DNA of 64,000 bases from an uncultured bacterium. Lineage in GTDB: Bacteria; UBP14; UBA6098; B30-G16. The stretch spans positions 1 to 64,000 of the forward strand of contig CBEVQY010000002.1 of the NCBI GenBank assembly GCA_965552135.1, read 5' to 3'. Below the pieces are notes generated by a model, which searched no databases, was not told where the DNA came from, and was given only the letters and a program-made list of their open reading frames with translations. Below, one piece after another: positions 35,969 through 45,652 of the stretch. The translations under genes were made by a program, and so were the position numbers. Every line of letters begins with the position of its first letter. Within the stretch, counting starts at the first letter, position 1.

Positions 35969-37951
35969 ATGGGGGCAAACGGCGAACGAAGCTGGGATCT
36001 CCGCTCCCTGCTTTCGAGGGCGCGCGAAAGGCTTTTTGAACCGGGCGGGCAAGGCGAAATCGCAAAGCTTCTGGCTCGGCTCGAGGGACTTTTGAGCACG
36101 CTGCCCTACTCAATCCTGTACTTGACGGGCGACGGTGTGATATCCGCTCTCGAGCCCGGCGAGAGGGACCCTCTTGCGCTGCGCCCCAAAGACGCTTTCG
36201 GCAAAAGCGTTTTCGACGTTTTCCCGCGCAGCGTAGCCGAGGACCTCACAAACGCCGCAAGGCGCGCCATCGAGGAAAACCGCGTGGTCGAACGCGAGAT
36301 ACCCTGGCCCGTGATCGACGGCGGAACGAGGTTCATCAGGGCGCGGTTCGCACCCACAGACGAAGGCGAGGTCGTCGCCCTTCTGCAGGACCTGACCGAA
36401 TGGAGGCAAACGGAGCAAGCCCGCAGACAAACCGAAAAAATCTACAAGCTTATCTTCGACATCGCGCCCTTCGCGTTCATCCTCCACGACGGCGAAAGGA
36501 TCATATCGATGAACCGCAAGGCGCTAAGCCTTGCAGGATTTTCCTCGCCCGAGGATGCTTTCGGTCAGTCGATCTGGGACTGGGTGCCACCGGAGGGGGT
36601 GGAGGTCGTCAAAGAACGGCTTCGCAGGATGCTCGAAACCGGCGAACCCGCGCCGCCACTGGTGGAGCGACTCGTATCCCCCACGGGCAAAGAGGCTTTC
36701 GTCGAAATCGCCGCCGCACCCTTCGAAATGGACGGAAAAACCGCGATAATGGTCATCGCAAGGGATATAACCCAGCAGGTCGTCGCCGAGAGGGAGAAAA
36801 GAGCCTTAGAGCAAAAGCTTTTGCAGGTTCAAAAGCTTGAGGCGATAGGTCGTCTTGCAGGCGGCATCGCCCACGAGTTCAACAACCTCCTAAACGGCAT
36901 CATAGGCTACGCGGAGCTTGTGAAGGAGAGCCTTTCAGCCTCGCACCCGGCGTTCGAACACGTGGAGCAAATCCTAAAAACTGCCCTCGATGCCGCAAAG
37001 CTTACGCGGCAGATCCTAAGCTTTGCCCGCAGAGGTCCACTGCAGAAGGAGCCCTTCCTCGCAAACGACGCGGTGCGCGAGGTCGTGGAGATAATAAGCA
37101 AAACCGTTCCACGAAAGATTCAGATAAAGACCCAACTTTCGGATGAAGAGCCCGTCATCGCGGGCGACATCGCCCGAATCGAGCAGGTGCTTATGAACCT
37201 GTGCGTCAACGCCTGCGACGCCATGCCCGAGGGCGGAACACTCACCGTGAAAACCGAAACTGTGTGGATAGACGGCTCCGACCCCAAATACTCCGGTCTC
37301 AAGCCCGGGGAGTACGTAAAGCTCACGGTCTCCGACACAGGCGTCGGGATGGACGAGGAGACACTAAAGAGGGTTTTTGACCCGTTCTTCACCACCAAGG
37401 AGCCCGGCAAGGGCACGGGCTTGGGTCTTTCCATCGCGTACAACACCGTCCACGACCACGGCGGTGACATAAGGATCACAAGCGCCCCCGGCGCAGGAAC
37501 CACCGTGACGGTCCTGCTCCCCGCATCGAAGGAGCCCGTGCACAAGCCAAAGAAGGCGGAGAGGGGGGAGCATAGGCACGAGGGCTCCGGCACGATCCTC
37601 GTCGCCGACGACGAAGACGTCGTCCGAAGACTCCTTACGGAGCTTCTCCGGGGGCGTGGCTACAACGTGCTGCCCGCCGAAAACGGCGCCGAAGCGCTCG
37701 AAATTTTCGAAAAGCGAAAGGACGAGATAGACCTCGTGATACTCGACGTGATAATGCCCAAGATGGACGGCTTCGAGACGCTTCAGAAGATGCTTGCCCT
37801 CTCTCCGAACGCAAAAGTGATAATGCTTAGCGGCTACGCGCAGGAGGAGACCCTAAGGCGCTGCCTGCAGGTGGGCGCAAAAGACTTCATACAAAAACCC
37901 TTCAGAATAGATGAACTTTCGGAGAAGATCTGGGCGCTTTTGCGCAGCTGA
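35969..37951 (+). CDS. Cytoplasmic hybrid histidine kinase (PAS-PAS-HisKA-HATPase-REC)
   Basis: QKLEAIGRLAGGIAHEFNNLL, NLCVNACDAM, DPFFTTK..GKGTGLGL, REC (ILVADDE, LDVIMP, FIQKPF). Confidence 0.93.
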   Translation: MGANGERSWDLRSLLSRARERLFEPGGQGEIAKLLARLEGLLSTLPYSILYLTGDGVISALEPGERDPLALRPKDAFGKSVFDVFPRSVAEDLTNAARRAIEENRVVEREIPWPVIDGGTRFIRARFAPTDEGEVVALLQDLTEWRQTEQARRQTEKIYKLIFDIAPFAFILHDGERIISMNRKALSLAGFSSPEDAFGQSIWDWVPPEGVEVVKERLRRMLETGEPAPPLVERLVSPTGKEAFVEIAAAPFEMDGKTAIMVIARDITQQVVAEREKRALEQKLLQVQKLEAIGRLAGGIAHEFNNLLNGIIGYAELVKESLSASHPAFEHVEQILKTALDAAKLTRQILSFARRGPLQKEPFLANDAVREVVEIISKTVPRKIQIKTQLSDEEPVIAGDIARIEQVLMNLCVNACDAMPEGGTLTVKTETVWIDGSDPKYSGLKPGEYVKLTVSDTGVGMDEETLKRVFDPFFTTKEPGKGTGLGLSIAYNTVHDHGGDIRITSAPGAGTTVTVLLPASKEPVHKPKKAERGEHRHEGSGTILVADDEDVVRRLLTELLRGRGYNVLPAENGAEALEIFEKRKDEIDLVILDVIMPKMDGFETLQKMLALSPNAKVIMLSGYAQEETLRRCLQVGAKDFIQKPFRIDELSEKIWALLRS

Positions 37952-38949
37952 TGCCCAAGACCAAGCACATAGTCGTCAACGTGCCCGAGGACGTGATCCC
38001 CTGCAGGATAGACGTCTACCTCGTCCAGCAGGGGATAGGTCTTTCGCGGAACCAGATCCAAAAGCTTATTCGCGAGAAGATGATCCGCGTTCTGGGCAAG
38101 GGCACAAAGCCCAACTTCATCCTCCGCGGCGGTGAGACGATTGAGATCAACATCCCCGAGCAAGAGCCATTCCGGCTACTGCCGGAGGACATCCCAATAG
38201 ACATCATCTACGAGGACGAGCACCTGCTTGTGGTCAACAAACCGCCCGGCATGGTCACTCACCCCGCCCGGGGCAACTGGAGCGGAACGCTCCTTAACGC
38301 CGTCCTGCACCACACGAAAAAGCTTTCGCCCATAGGAGGAGACTTCCGCCCCGGGATCGTCCACAGGCTCGATAAGGACACATCGGGTCTTCTCGTCGTC
38401 GCCAAGCACTCAGCCTCCCACCTCAGGCTTGCCGAGATGCTTTCCAGGCGGCAGATTCGGCGGGAGTATGTGGCGCTTTTGTGGGGTCATCTGCGCGAGG
38501 ACGAGGTAGAAGTCGATGCGCCCATCGGGCATCACCCCAAAAACCCCCTCAAGCGCGCCGTTGTGGAAAGCGGTCTTCCGGCGAAGACGACATTCAGGCG
38601 CATAGCCTCCTTCGACTTTCTCGACCTTGTTTCCGCACATCTCCACACGGGGCGAACGCACCAGATCCGCGTCCACGCAGGCCACATCGGGCACCACGTC
38701 TTCGGAGATCCCGAGTACGGCGGGCGCGAGGAACGCCTCGGCGGAATACAACCAGCCTACAGGCAAAAGGCAAGGGAGCTTCTTTCGCTTGCGCCGCGGC
38801 AGATGCTGCACGCCTGGAGGCTTGCCTTCGTCCACCCCATCACGGCAAAGCCAATGGAGTTTTGCGCGCCCCTGCCCGAAGACTTCGCCACCGTGCTGAA
38901 ACACCTCGCGGGAGAGGAATGGGAAAGGCTTTTGGAGAAGGCGGCTTAA
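37951..38949 (+). CDS. rluD: RluA/RluD-family pseudouridine synthase with S4 domain
   Basis: S4 N-terminus, VVNKPPGMVTHP, GIVHRLDKDTSG, TGRTHQIRVH, QMLHA. Confidence 0.9.
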   Translation: MPKTKHIVVNVPEDVIPCRIDVYLVQQGIGLSRNQIQKLIREKMIRVLGKGTKPNFILRGGETIEINIPEQEPFRLLPEDIPIDIIYEDEHLLVVNKPPGMVTHPARGNWSGTLLNAVLHHTKKLSPIGGDFRPGIVHRLDKDTSGLLVVAKHSASHLRLAEMLSRRQIRREYVALLWGHLREDEVEVDAPIGHHPKNPLKRAVVESGLPAKTTFRRIASFDFLDLVSAHLHTGRTHQIRVHAGHIGHHVFGDPEYGGREERLGGIQPAYRQKARELLSLAPRQMLHAWRLAFVHPITAKPMEFCAPLPEDFATVLKHLAGEEWERLLEKAA

Positions 38950-38968
38950 AGCAACGTCAGGTCCACCT

Positions 38969-41900
38969 TTACCGCACGACCAAAACCTCCTCGGTCGTGT
39001 GCGCGCCGTCTGCGGAAAGCGATATCACGTAGACTCCGCTTGGGCAGACTGCGCCCTGGGAATCGGTGCCGTCCCACACGAACGTGTGCACGCCGCACGA
39101 GGCTTCCCCCTCAAAAAGCCGCCGCACAAGCCTCCCGCCGACGTCGTAAACGCGGAGCAAGACGTATCCCACATCGTCGTCGAAGGCACAGCGCACAACG
39201 CAGACAGAGTTAAACGGGTTCGGGAAAACGCTGAGGGAAAGCGCAGGCTTGGCTCCGGAGCCTTCGCGCACGGATAGGATCTCGGATATCGGCTCGGGGA
39301 CGCCGTCGCCGTCGTTATCGACGACGAAGACCGCGGCGGTGTCGATGTTCGGCAAAAAGGCGGAGACGTTGTTCGGGGCAGAGTCGCCCCCAAGCTCGAT
39401 GTCGCTTGCTATGCTCGCAACAAGCGCTATGCGGGTGTTGGGAGGAACCATCCCCGGACCCAAGCCGTAAAGCTCATCCCAGCTTACCGCAAGCTCGCTG
39501 CACGGGTTGGGGGAGGTAAGATCAGTCTCGCACCAGAACTCGCCCAAAACGCGCTCCGAGCTTGTGGGCGAAAGGATGCGCCAGAAATCCCCCGTCCAGC
39601 CGCGGTACGAACCGTACTGATAGTCGCACTTAAAGCCGCTTTCGCTTGTGAAGTAAACGTTCCTGTCCCAGTTGTCTATGTTTCTCAGGTCCGAGCAGCC
39701 GTTGGTGCCGCCGTAGTCGGTGTCGAGGAAAAGGAGCCAGGCGTTGTCGTTGGGCTCGGCTTCGTGAATCCCGTGGATCGCAAAGTAAACGTAAAGCGAG
39801 TCCCAATACATATATATCCCCCAGATCTCGTTTAGCGCAGGGTCCCACTCGGAGTCGTCGTCGGGGTCGTCCACAACGTTGCACCACGACGCCCACTCGG
39901 TCGTGTCGAGGTAGCCGTCTATCGTTATCGATAGGTTCCCCGTAACGGTTATAGGCACTTGATCAGGTCCGTTTGAGAGCTGTCGGCAAGGGTTTCCGGC
40001 GGTGTCGCGCACGGCGCCTGCGGCAAGGGCAAGGATGAGGTTCTCGGGCGAAAGAGCCTCGACCAAAGAGGCTTTAAGCGGCGAAAGCTTTATCCTGAGC
40101 CTTGTGTGGTCGACGGCGTTCTGCACAACGCACGAGGGCGAAAGCCAAACCTCGACCGTGCCATCTGCGCCCTCGTCGAAGCCTATGCCCGAAAGGTTCA
40201 CAACCGAAACGTCCACGGGCTCGGTAAACGTTACGGTGAGGACGTCGGTGCCGGGGTTGTACATAGCCCTGTACGCGTCGGGCGGGAAGTTATCGCCGAG
40301 CGATGCCGCAAGGTCGTCGAAGGCGGCAACATACCCCTCGGGCGTCGCCGACTGCCAGCCGCAGTAAAGGTAAAAGCCAAACGTGCCCTTCCCTTTGATC
40401 TCATCGCCCTTAAGCAGCGTCGACGAAAGCTCGTGTGAATGCGATGCTCCACCGCCGCCGAGGATGAAGGCGCCCACAGCGTCGTTGTTCGCGTTGCGAA
40501 AGCCGCAGTACTGACCCAGCCGCCAGATCCGCTGAACGCTGGGACCCCAAAGCAGGCTCACAAGATCAGGCGTAAAGCCAGCCTTGATGTACGTCTCCTT
40601 GTCGCGGGTGAAGTACTCGCACCTGAGGTACGGCTCGCCGGGGTACACCGATATCCTCTTCCGCAGCTGGTCGTGCCTGAGGACGATAACGGCTGAGTCG
40701 GAACATGAGGCCAAAATCTCCCAGTCGTAGAAGGAGTGCTCGTAGTCCCACCCGCCAACGCTTACGTCGGAGAGGGCGGCTATGTGGTTGGCGTCGTTGT
40801 AGTCGCCCTCGGTGCCCTCCCAGTAGGTGTTGCAGTTGCCAACGATCGACGCGTTGTTCGCTCCGTCCTTCGCGAATATCCAAACCGCCCTCCCACCTAT
40901 CGACTCGAAGACGGCGAAAACCCTGTCGTTGTATATGACAAGCTCATCGTTTCCGTCGTGGTCGAGGTCGGCGAAGAAGGCGCCAACGGGCTGTGTGTAC
41001 TCTCCGGAAGCCCATCGAGCGCCCTCGGCGTAAACGTTGGCGTTTTTTATGTGCGTCGAGTACTTCATCTCCCAGCCCGAGATCGGTCCGCCCATGCCGT
41101 CGTGCCAGCCCGTCTCGAAAAGATTCGTCATAAGAACGTACCAACCCGCCTGAGAGATGTTGTTATCCGGCGCGGAGGAGAGATTCGTGTATGCATCGTA
41201 CCAGATGGTTCCGAAGTCCCACTGCGGGGAGTGGTTGTCGGAGGGCGATGGGTAGCCCGCCCAGTGGGTGTACCAGCCGTTGTTTCCGCCGCCGTAGCCG
41301 TCGGTCCCGCCTATCGAAACGTGTGAGCCCGGGGTGAAGGTCAGCGTGACGCCGTTGAAGTCGGGGTTCAGGACGGCATCTGTAAGCTTCCAGGTGTGCA
41401 GCCAGCTCGACTCCTCCCAGCACTTGTTCACAAACCAATCGTAGGTCTCCTTGGCGTTTGGCATTGTTGAAGCCCACTCACCTATCTCCGCCGCCATCTC
41501 CCAGTCGTCGGCGTAGACGACGATTCTGTAATCGCCCTCGGGGCTTGCGGCAAGCCCCTCGAGTATCGCCAGCGCGCCTGCGCCGTCGCCCGCGTGGAGC
41601 CTGCCGGTGAAGTCGTGGTCGCGCGGTATGAGCCGAAGGGACGTCCCGGAGATGAAGTGGATCTGGTGGTTGTCGTATCCCGCGCAGTGGACGTCGTCGT
41701 CGAGTATCACGGCGTCGATGTCGTTCGCCTCGAAGTTGTCGCCAAGCCAATCGCTTACGCCGGCGTTGGGATACCTGCCCCCGGGACCGTCCAAAAACGT
41801 GCGCTCCGGAACCCAGGCTACAGTCGCCCAGTAGCCGTAGTAAAAATGGGTCATCTGGCGATGTATGTAGACCGACCACGCGTTCATATCGTCGACGACG

Positions 41901-42712
41901 AAGGGCATTATGTGCTGCGAGTACGCCGACGCTATCATGCAGATCCATCCCTCCGAAACGCCCGTTGCGATCCAAGAGTTGAAGTCGGGGTCGTACCACG
42001 CCGCTGCGGTCTGCAAAAGCCCGCCCATGTGGATGTTGACGGGGATGTTGTGGGCGTCGTGCGCCTCTAAGATCTCGTCGTAGCCCGAGCCATCGGGGTC
42101 GTCGCTTCTGCCGCGAAACGCCTCGGTGTAGCCAAGCCCCTGGTTGCCGTGGTGCATAAGCGCGCAGTGCGCACCAGGTTCAAGGCGCTTTGCGGCATCG
42201 GCATACAAAACGTCGCAAAGCTCGCCCAAAACAAAGCTTTCGACCTCAAAACAAAGACTCCCAACCTCATCCTCCCGAAAGACGTTCTCCACCCTCACCT
42301 CGACCATATCGAGCCTAAACGACACCAGAGCCTGCGCGCGAAGGGCTTTGCCGTTTTGGTCGAAAGCCTGAGCCGAACCGTCGCCAAAAACCCTGACGTA
42401 AACCTCGTCCTCCGCGCCAACTATCCGCATGCCAAGGCTTACGCCGCAAGACATCCAAAGGTTCTCCCGGGGCTCGCGGGTTATGGACTGAAGCGACACG
42501 AAGCCCACGCGAAAACAAAGCCAATCACCACAGGGGGCGAAGTAGAACGAAAGCAGGTCAGCGCAATAGGGCATTTCGCCCTCTGCGGACTCGACGTCGT
42601 CGAGAGCTAAAAGCTCAGCTCTGCCCCAGTCGTCGACGCGACCGCGAAAATACCTGGGACCACAAAGCAAAACCGACGCAAAAAACAAAACCAAAAACAA
42701 AAGCCTCCTCAT
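38969..42712 (-). CDS. Secreted GH57-like glycoside hydrolase with accessory beta domains and T9SS/FlgD-type C-terminal domain
   Basis: Signal peptide; MHHGNQ, AWVPER (nucleophile-like Glu), ILDD, YADDWE (acid/base-like Asp); C-terminal FPNPFN...VYDVGGRLVR...WDGTD..G...SGVY. Confidence 0.7.
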   Translation of the reverse strand: MRRLLFLVLFFASVLLCGPRYFRGRVDDWGRAELLALDDVESAEGEMPYCADLLSFYFAPCGDWLCFRVGFVSLQSITREPRENLWMSCGVSLGMRIVGAEDEVYVRVFGDGSAQAFDQNGKALRAQALVSFRLDMVEVRVENVFREDEVGSLCFEVESFVLGELCDVLYADAAKRLEPGAHCALMHHGNQGLGYTEAFRGRSDDPDGSGYDEILEAHDAHNIPVNIHMGGLLQTAAAWYDPDFNSWIATGVSEGWICMIASAYSQHIMPFVVDDMNAWSVYIHRQMTHFYYGYWATVAWVPERTFLDGPGGRYPNAGVSDWLGDNFEANDIDAVILDDDVHCAGYDNHQIHFISGTSLRLIPRDHDFTGRLHAGDGAGALAILEGLAASPEGDYRIVVYADDWEMAAEIGEWASTMPNAKETYDWFVNKCWEESSWLHTWKLTDAVLNPDFNGVTLTFTPGSHVSIGGTDGYGGGNNGWYTHWAGYPSPSDNHSPQWDFGTIWYDAYTNLSSAPDNNISQAGWYVLMTNLFETGWHDGMGGPISGWEMKYSTHIKNANVYAEGARWASGEYTQPVGAFFADLDHDGNDELVIYNDRVFAVFESIGGRAVWIFAKDGANNASIVGNCNTYWEGTEGDYNDANHIAALSDVSVGGWDYEHSFYDWEILASCSDSAVIVLRHDQLRKRISVYPGEPYLRCEYFTRDKETYIKAGFTPDLVSLLWGPSVQRIWRLGQYCGFRNANNDAVGAFILGGGGASHSHELSSTLLKGDEIKGKGTFGFYLYCGWQSATPEGYVAAFDDLAASLGDNFPPDAYRAMYNPGTDVLTVTFTEPVDVSVVNLSGIGFDEGADGTVEVWLSPSCVVQNAVDHTRLRIKLSPLKASLVEALSPENLILALAAGAVRDTAGNPCRQLSNGPDQVPITVTGNLSITIDGYLDTTEWASWCNVVDDPDDDSEWDPALNEIWGIYMYWDSLYVYFAIHGIHEAEPNDNAWLLFLDTDYGGTNGCSDLRNIDNWDRNVYFTSESGFKCDYQYGSYRGWTGDFWRILSPTSSERVLGEFWCETDLTSPNPCSELAVSWDELYGLGPGMVPPNTRIALVASIASDIELGGDSAPNNVSAFLPNIDTAAVFVVDNDGDGVPEPISEILSVREGSGAKPALSLSVFPNPFNSVCVVRCAFDDDVGYVLLRVYDVGGRLVRRLFEGEASCGVHTFVWDGTDSQGAVCPSGVYVISLSADGAHTTEEVLVVR

Positions 42713-42793
42713 AACTCCCTCCTTACAGACCCCTCAAAATAAAAAAACAAAAATCGTCGTGTTAAGTCAAACTCCAAGCGAGCCATTTTCCCC

Positions 42794-42824
42794 TTGACAG
42801 GGGCGTTTAGGCGATTTATATAAT
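42794..42824 (+). promoter_or_regulatory. sigma70-like promoter
   Basis: TTGACA at 42794 followed by TATATAAT at 42817-42824. Confidence 0.6.
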
Positions 42825-42909
42825 AAATTGTCCTTCCTAAAAGTATAGCGGGAGGTGCCGAAAAAAGCTATTGCGCTTGTTTTTGCAGCAGTAGGCGCAG
42901 GGGGAGATT

Positions 42910-44331
42910 TTGTCGCGGCGAACGAGCGCAATAGGGGGATGGCGGCTCCATCCCGCTGTCTTCCTTTTGTGTCTTTTCCACCTCGCAAGTGTGTGGGGAA
43001 AAAGCTGCTGTAGTCGCGACGGGCTTTTCCCAACAGATCCGTCTGTGCTTTGGAGGCAGGTGGAGGGGCTTTTGACCGCCTTCCCCGTCGAGCCTGTGGC
43101 GGGCGATGTCGTCGCGCTGCTTGTGCCCGCCCAAAATTATATCCTTGCGGGAAACGTCTTCGGGGCGGCTTATCAAACGCTCTTTTCCGCACAGGTCGAC
43201 TGCATTGTCATCGCCGTGCGCAGCGACAAAAAGGACTCAGCCGTAGTCATCCCCATCTCCGAGAAGTTCATAACGCCCCTGGGCGTGCTGCCCGCCGAAG
43301 AGAGGGCGGCAAACCTCCTTGCGCAAAAGCTCGATTTCGTCGTAAAAGATGCAGCCTGCCCCCCCGACCAGTTCTGGTATCAGCTTCCTTTCATCCAGTA
43401 TATCTTCGCCGACAAGCCCGTGCTCCTTCTGGAGCTTGGGGAGCTGAGTCTTGGGCAGCTTTACGAGCTTTCGGACACGCTCTCGTCCGTTTTGGGCGAA
43501 AGGCGAGCGCTTGTTGTGGGCGTCACAAACCTCGCAGCGGCGGGGGATTTCCCTCAGATAAGTCGGCTCGACAAAGTCGCGATAGTCGACCTTCAGGCGA
43601 TGGACCTTTCGCGTCTTTGGTCGGATATAGGCTGTGGTCGCGCGCAGCTTTCGTGTCCGTGCTGTGCGGCTTTTGCGGTGCTTATGGCACAACGACTTGG
43701 CGCCAGCTGCGGAAAGCTTTTGCGCCACGCGGCGACTGTGGGGCTGCCCGCACCAAAAAGGGTGGGCTTAGCGTCTGTTGCGTGGTTTACGTCGTCGCCG
43801 AGGCGCACGGCGAAAAAAGTCCAGATATCCCCCGCCTGGGGCAGGAAGCTTTGGGAGCTTGCGGCGGCAACGGTTTTGGGAAAGCCCGAGCCCGAAATCC
43901 CCACGCCGCTTGAGAGAATCTCGGGGGGCGTTTTTATATCGGTCTCCGACGGCGACAGCACAATTGCGCGCGTTGGAGAGCTCTTCACGAACATGTCGCT
44001 TCCGGATGCTGTGCGCAGGTTCGCCTCGATGCTACTTCTGCCGGTGCGAATGTGCAAGCTAAGCCGGGGAGGGCTTTGCGGATTCATCCTTTCGGTTTGT
44101 GTGGCGGAGCCCGTCGACGACGTTTCGGTTCCGGGTCCGGAGGTTGGGATTTACGTTCGCCGCGGCGCCAACGTCGGGGTCCTTCTGCCCGGCGAAGCCT
44201 CCGATATGTCGCCGCAGGCGCGCCTCGAACGCGCGTGTCTGCAGGCGGGAATGTTCTCCAAAAGCTGGCGCTCGCCCGAAACCGACGTCCACTTCTTCAG
44301 GGTGACCGTCTTCTCCGACACGTTAAGATGA
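42910..44331 (+). CDS. Divergent MEMO1 + AMMECR1 (AmmeMemo B/A-like) fusion protein
   Basis: G.FPTDP..L, VP...Y..AG....AAY, TPLG, QLPFIQ (MEMO-like); GVFISV, GVLLP, C.QAG....W (AMMECR1-like). Confidence 0.7.
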   Translation: MSRRTSAIGGWRLHPAVFLLCLFHLASVWGKSCCSRDGLFPTDPSVLWRQVEGLLTAFPVEPVAGDVVALLVPAQNYILAGNVFGAAYQTLFSAQVDCIVIAVRSDKKDSAVVIPISEKFITPLGVLPAEERAANLLAQKLDFVVKDAACPPDQFWYQLPFIQYIFADKPVLLLELGELSLGQLYELSDTLSSVLGERRALVVGVTNLAAAGDFPQISRLDKVAIVDLQAMDLSRLWSDIGCGRAQLSCPCCAAFAVLMAQRLGASCGKLLRHAATVGLPAPKRVGLASVAWFTSSPRRTAKKVQISPAWGRKLWELAAATVLGKPEPEIPTPLERISGGVFISVSDGDSTIARVGELFTNMSLPDAVRRFASMLLLPVRMCKLSRGGLCGFILSVCVAEPVDDVSVPGPEVGIYVRRGANVGVLLPGEASDMSPQARLERACLQAGMFSKSWRSPETDVHFFRVTVFSDTLR

Positions 44332-45566
44332 GGGTGCGGAGGCTGAAAATAGGCTTTGTGGCGGCGGCTCTGCTCGCTCTGGGAGCGGGAACGGCGCTTT
44401 TGGGGAGAACGGATAAGGCTTCGGTCGAAAGCGCTGCGCCCCCAGCAAAGGGCGAGTTCGTGTGCGCCTGCTGCGGGATCATACAGCCGAACCAACCGCT
44501 CTTCTGGGCGCTTGTGGACAAGGGCGTTCCACCTGCCGTGGTCGAGGCGATACGCAAACCCCTCGAAAGGGTGCTTGATATGCGCAAGATCTTCCCGGGC
44601 GACAGATACAGCCTCGAGTATGACCCCCGCGGCGCAAGGTTCTTCGAGCTTGTGAGGTCCCCGTGGGAGAGGTACATCGTGCGCCGTCTGGGCGATTCCC
44701 TCGCCGCCCAGAAGGACACCGTGCCCCTCGTGCGAACCGTTTTCGCAGCCGAAGGTGTTGTCGAAAACACGCTGTGGGAGTCGATGAGGAAAGCCGGCAT
44801 CGAGCCCGAGGCGATAATGAGGTTCACCGATATCCTCGCCTACGATTTCGACTTCGTCACCGACACGCGAAACGGGCACAGGTTCCGCATACTATACGAG
44901 AAGCTTTCCTTCCGCGACAGCACAATAGGCGTGGGCAGGATACTGCTTGCGGAATACATAACCCCCAAAAGGGATTACGTCGCCGTCTGGTACCGCGACC
45001 CGGAGGGCAGGGAAGGCTACTTCGACCTTGAAGGGAAATCGATGAAGAAGGCTTTGCTTAAGGCTCCGCTTTCGTACACGAGGATAAGCTCGCACTTTTC
45101 GCACAGGCGGTTCCACCCGATTCTCAAGATCTACCGACCTCACCTTGGCGTTGACTACGCAGCGCCTGTTGGCACGCCCGTTGTGGCGTCCGGCGACGGC
45201 GTCGTCGTCTTCGCGGGATGGAAAGGAGGCTTCGGGAAGTTCATCCACATAAAGCACCCGAACGGGATCGAGACGATGTACGGTCACCTCTCGCGCTTCG
45301 CCAAGGGGATACGCAGGGGCGTCAGGGTCAGGCGCGGTCAGGTCATAGGATACGTTGGCGCGACCGGGCTTGCGACGGGTCCACACCTCGACTACAGGGT
45401 CAAGGTGAAGGGCAAGTTCGTAAACCCCGAAAAGTACGCCTTCCCCGCAGAACCTCCTGTGAAGAGGCGTTATCTTGAAAGCTACCGCAGGTACGCGCGC
45501 TCGATCGCCGATGGGGCAAGGCTTTTAGCCAAAACCGCAAGCGCCCAGACCAAAGGCGGAATATAA
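44328..45566 (+). CDS. M23-family peptidoglycan endopeptidase (MepM-like)
   Basis: N-terminal anchor; RISSHF..RRFHPIL, HLGVDYAA (HxxxD), YGHLS, ATGPHLDY. Confidence 0.9.
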   Translation: MRVRRLKIGFVAAALLALGAGTALLGRTDKASVESAAPPAKGEFVCACCGIIQPNQPLFWALVDKGVPPAVVEAIRKPLERVLDMRKIFPGDRYSLEYDPRGARFFELVRSPWERYIVRRLGDSLAAQKDTVPLVRTVFAAEGVVENTLWESMRKAGIEPEAIMRFTDILAYDFDFVTDTRNGHRFRILYEKLSFRDSTIGVGRILLAEYITPKRDYVAVWYRDPEGREGYFDLEGKSMKKALLKAPLSYTRISSHFSHRRFHPILKIYRPHLGVDYAAPVGTPVVASGDGVVVFAGWKGGFGKFIHIKHPNGIETMYGHLSRFAKGIRRGVRVRRGQVIGYVGATGLATGPHLDYRVKVKGKFVNPEKYAFPAEPPVKRRYLESYRRYARSIADGARLLAKTASAQTKGGI

Positions 45567-45652
45567 AAATTCGTTTGCACACAAAGGGGCGGAGAATATC
45601 TTTAAGGGAATTTCAACAGACAACGAGCTCGATTAAGATAAGGGGGCGATTT

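Noticed and set aside
42856..43014. Short GTG-started ORF overlapping the start of the AmmeMemo-like gene (possible frameshifted N-terminus)
   Set aside because: About 50 codons with no recognisable motif; cannot be distinguished from chance without homolog alignment
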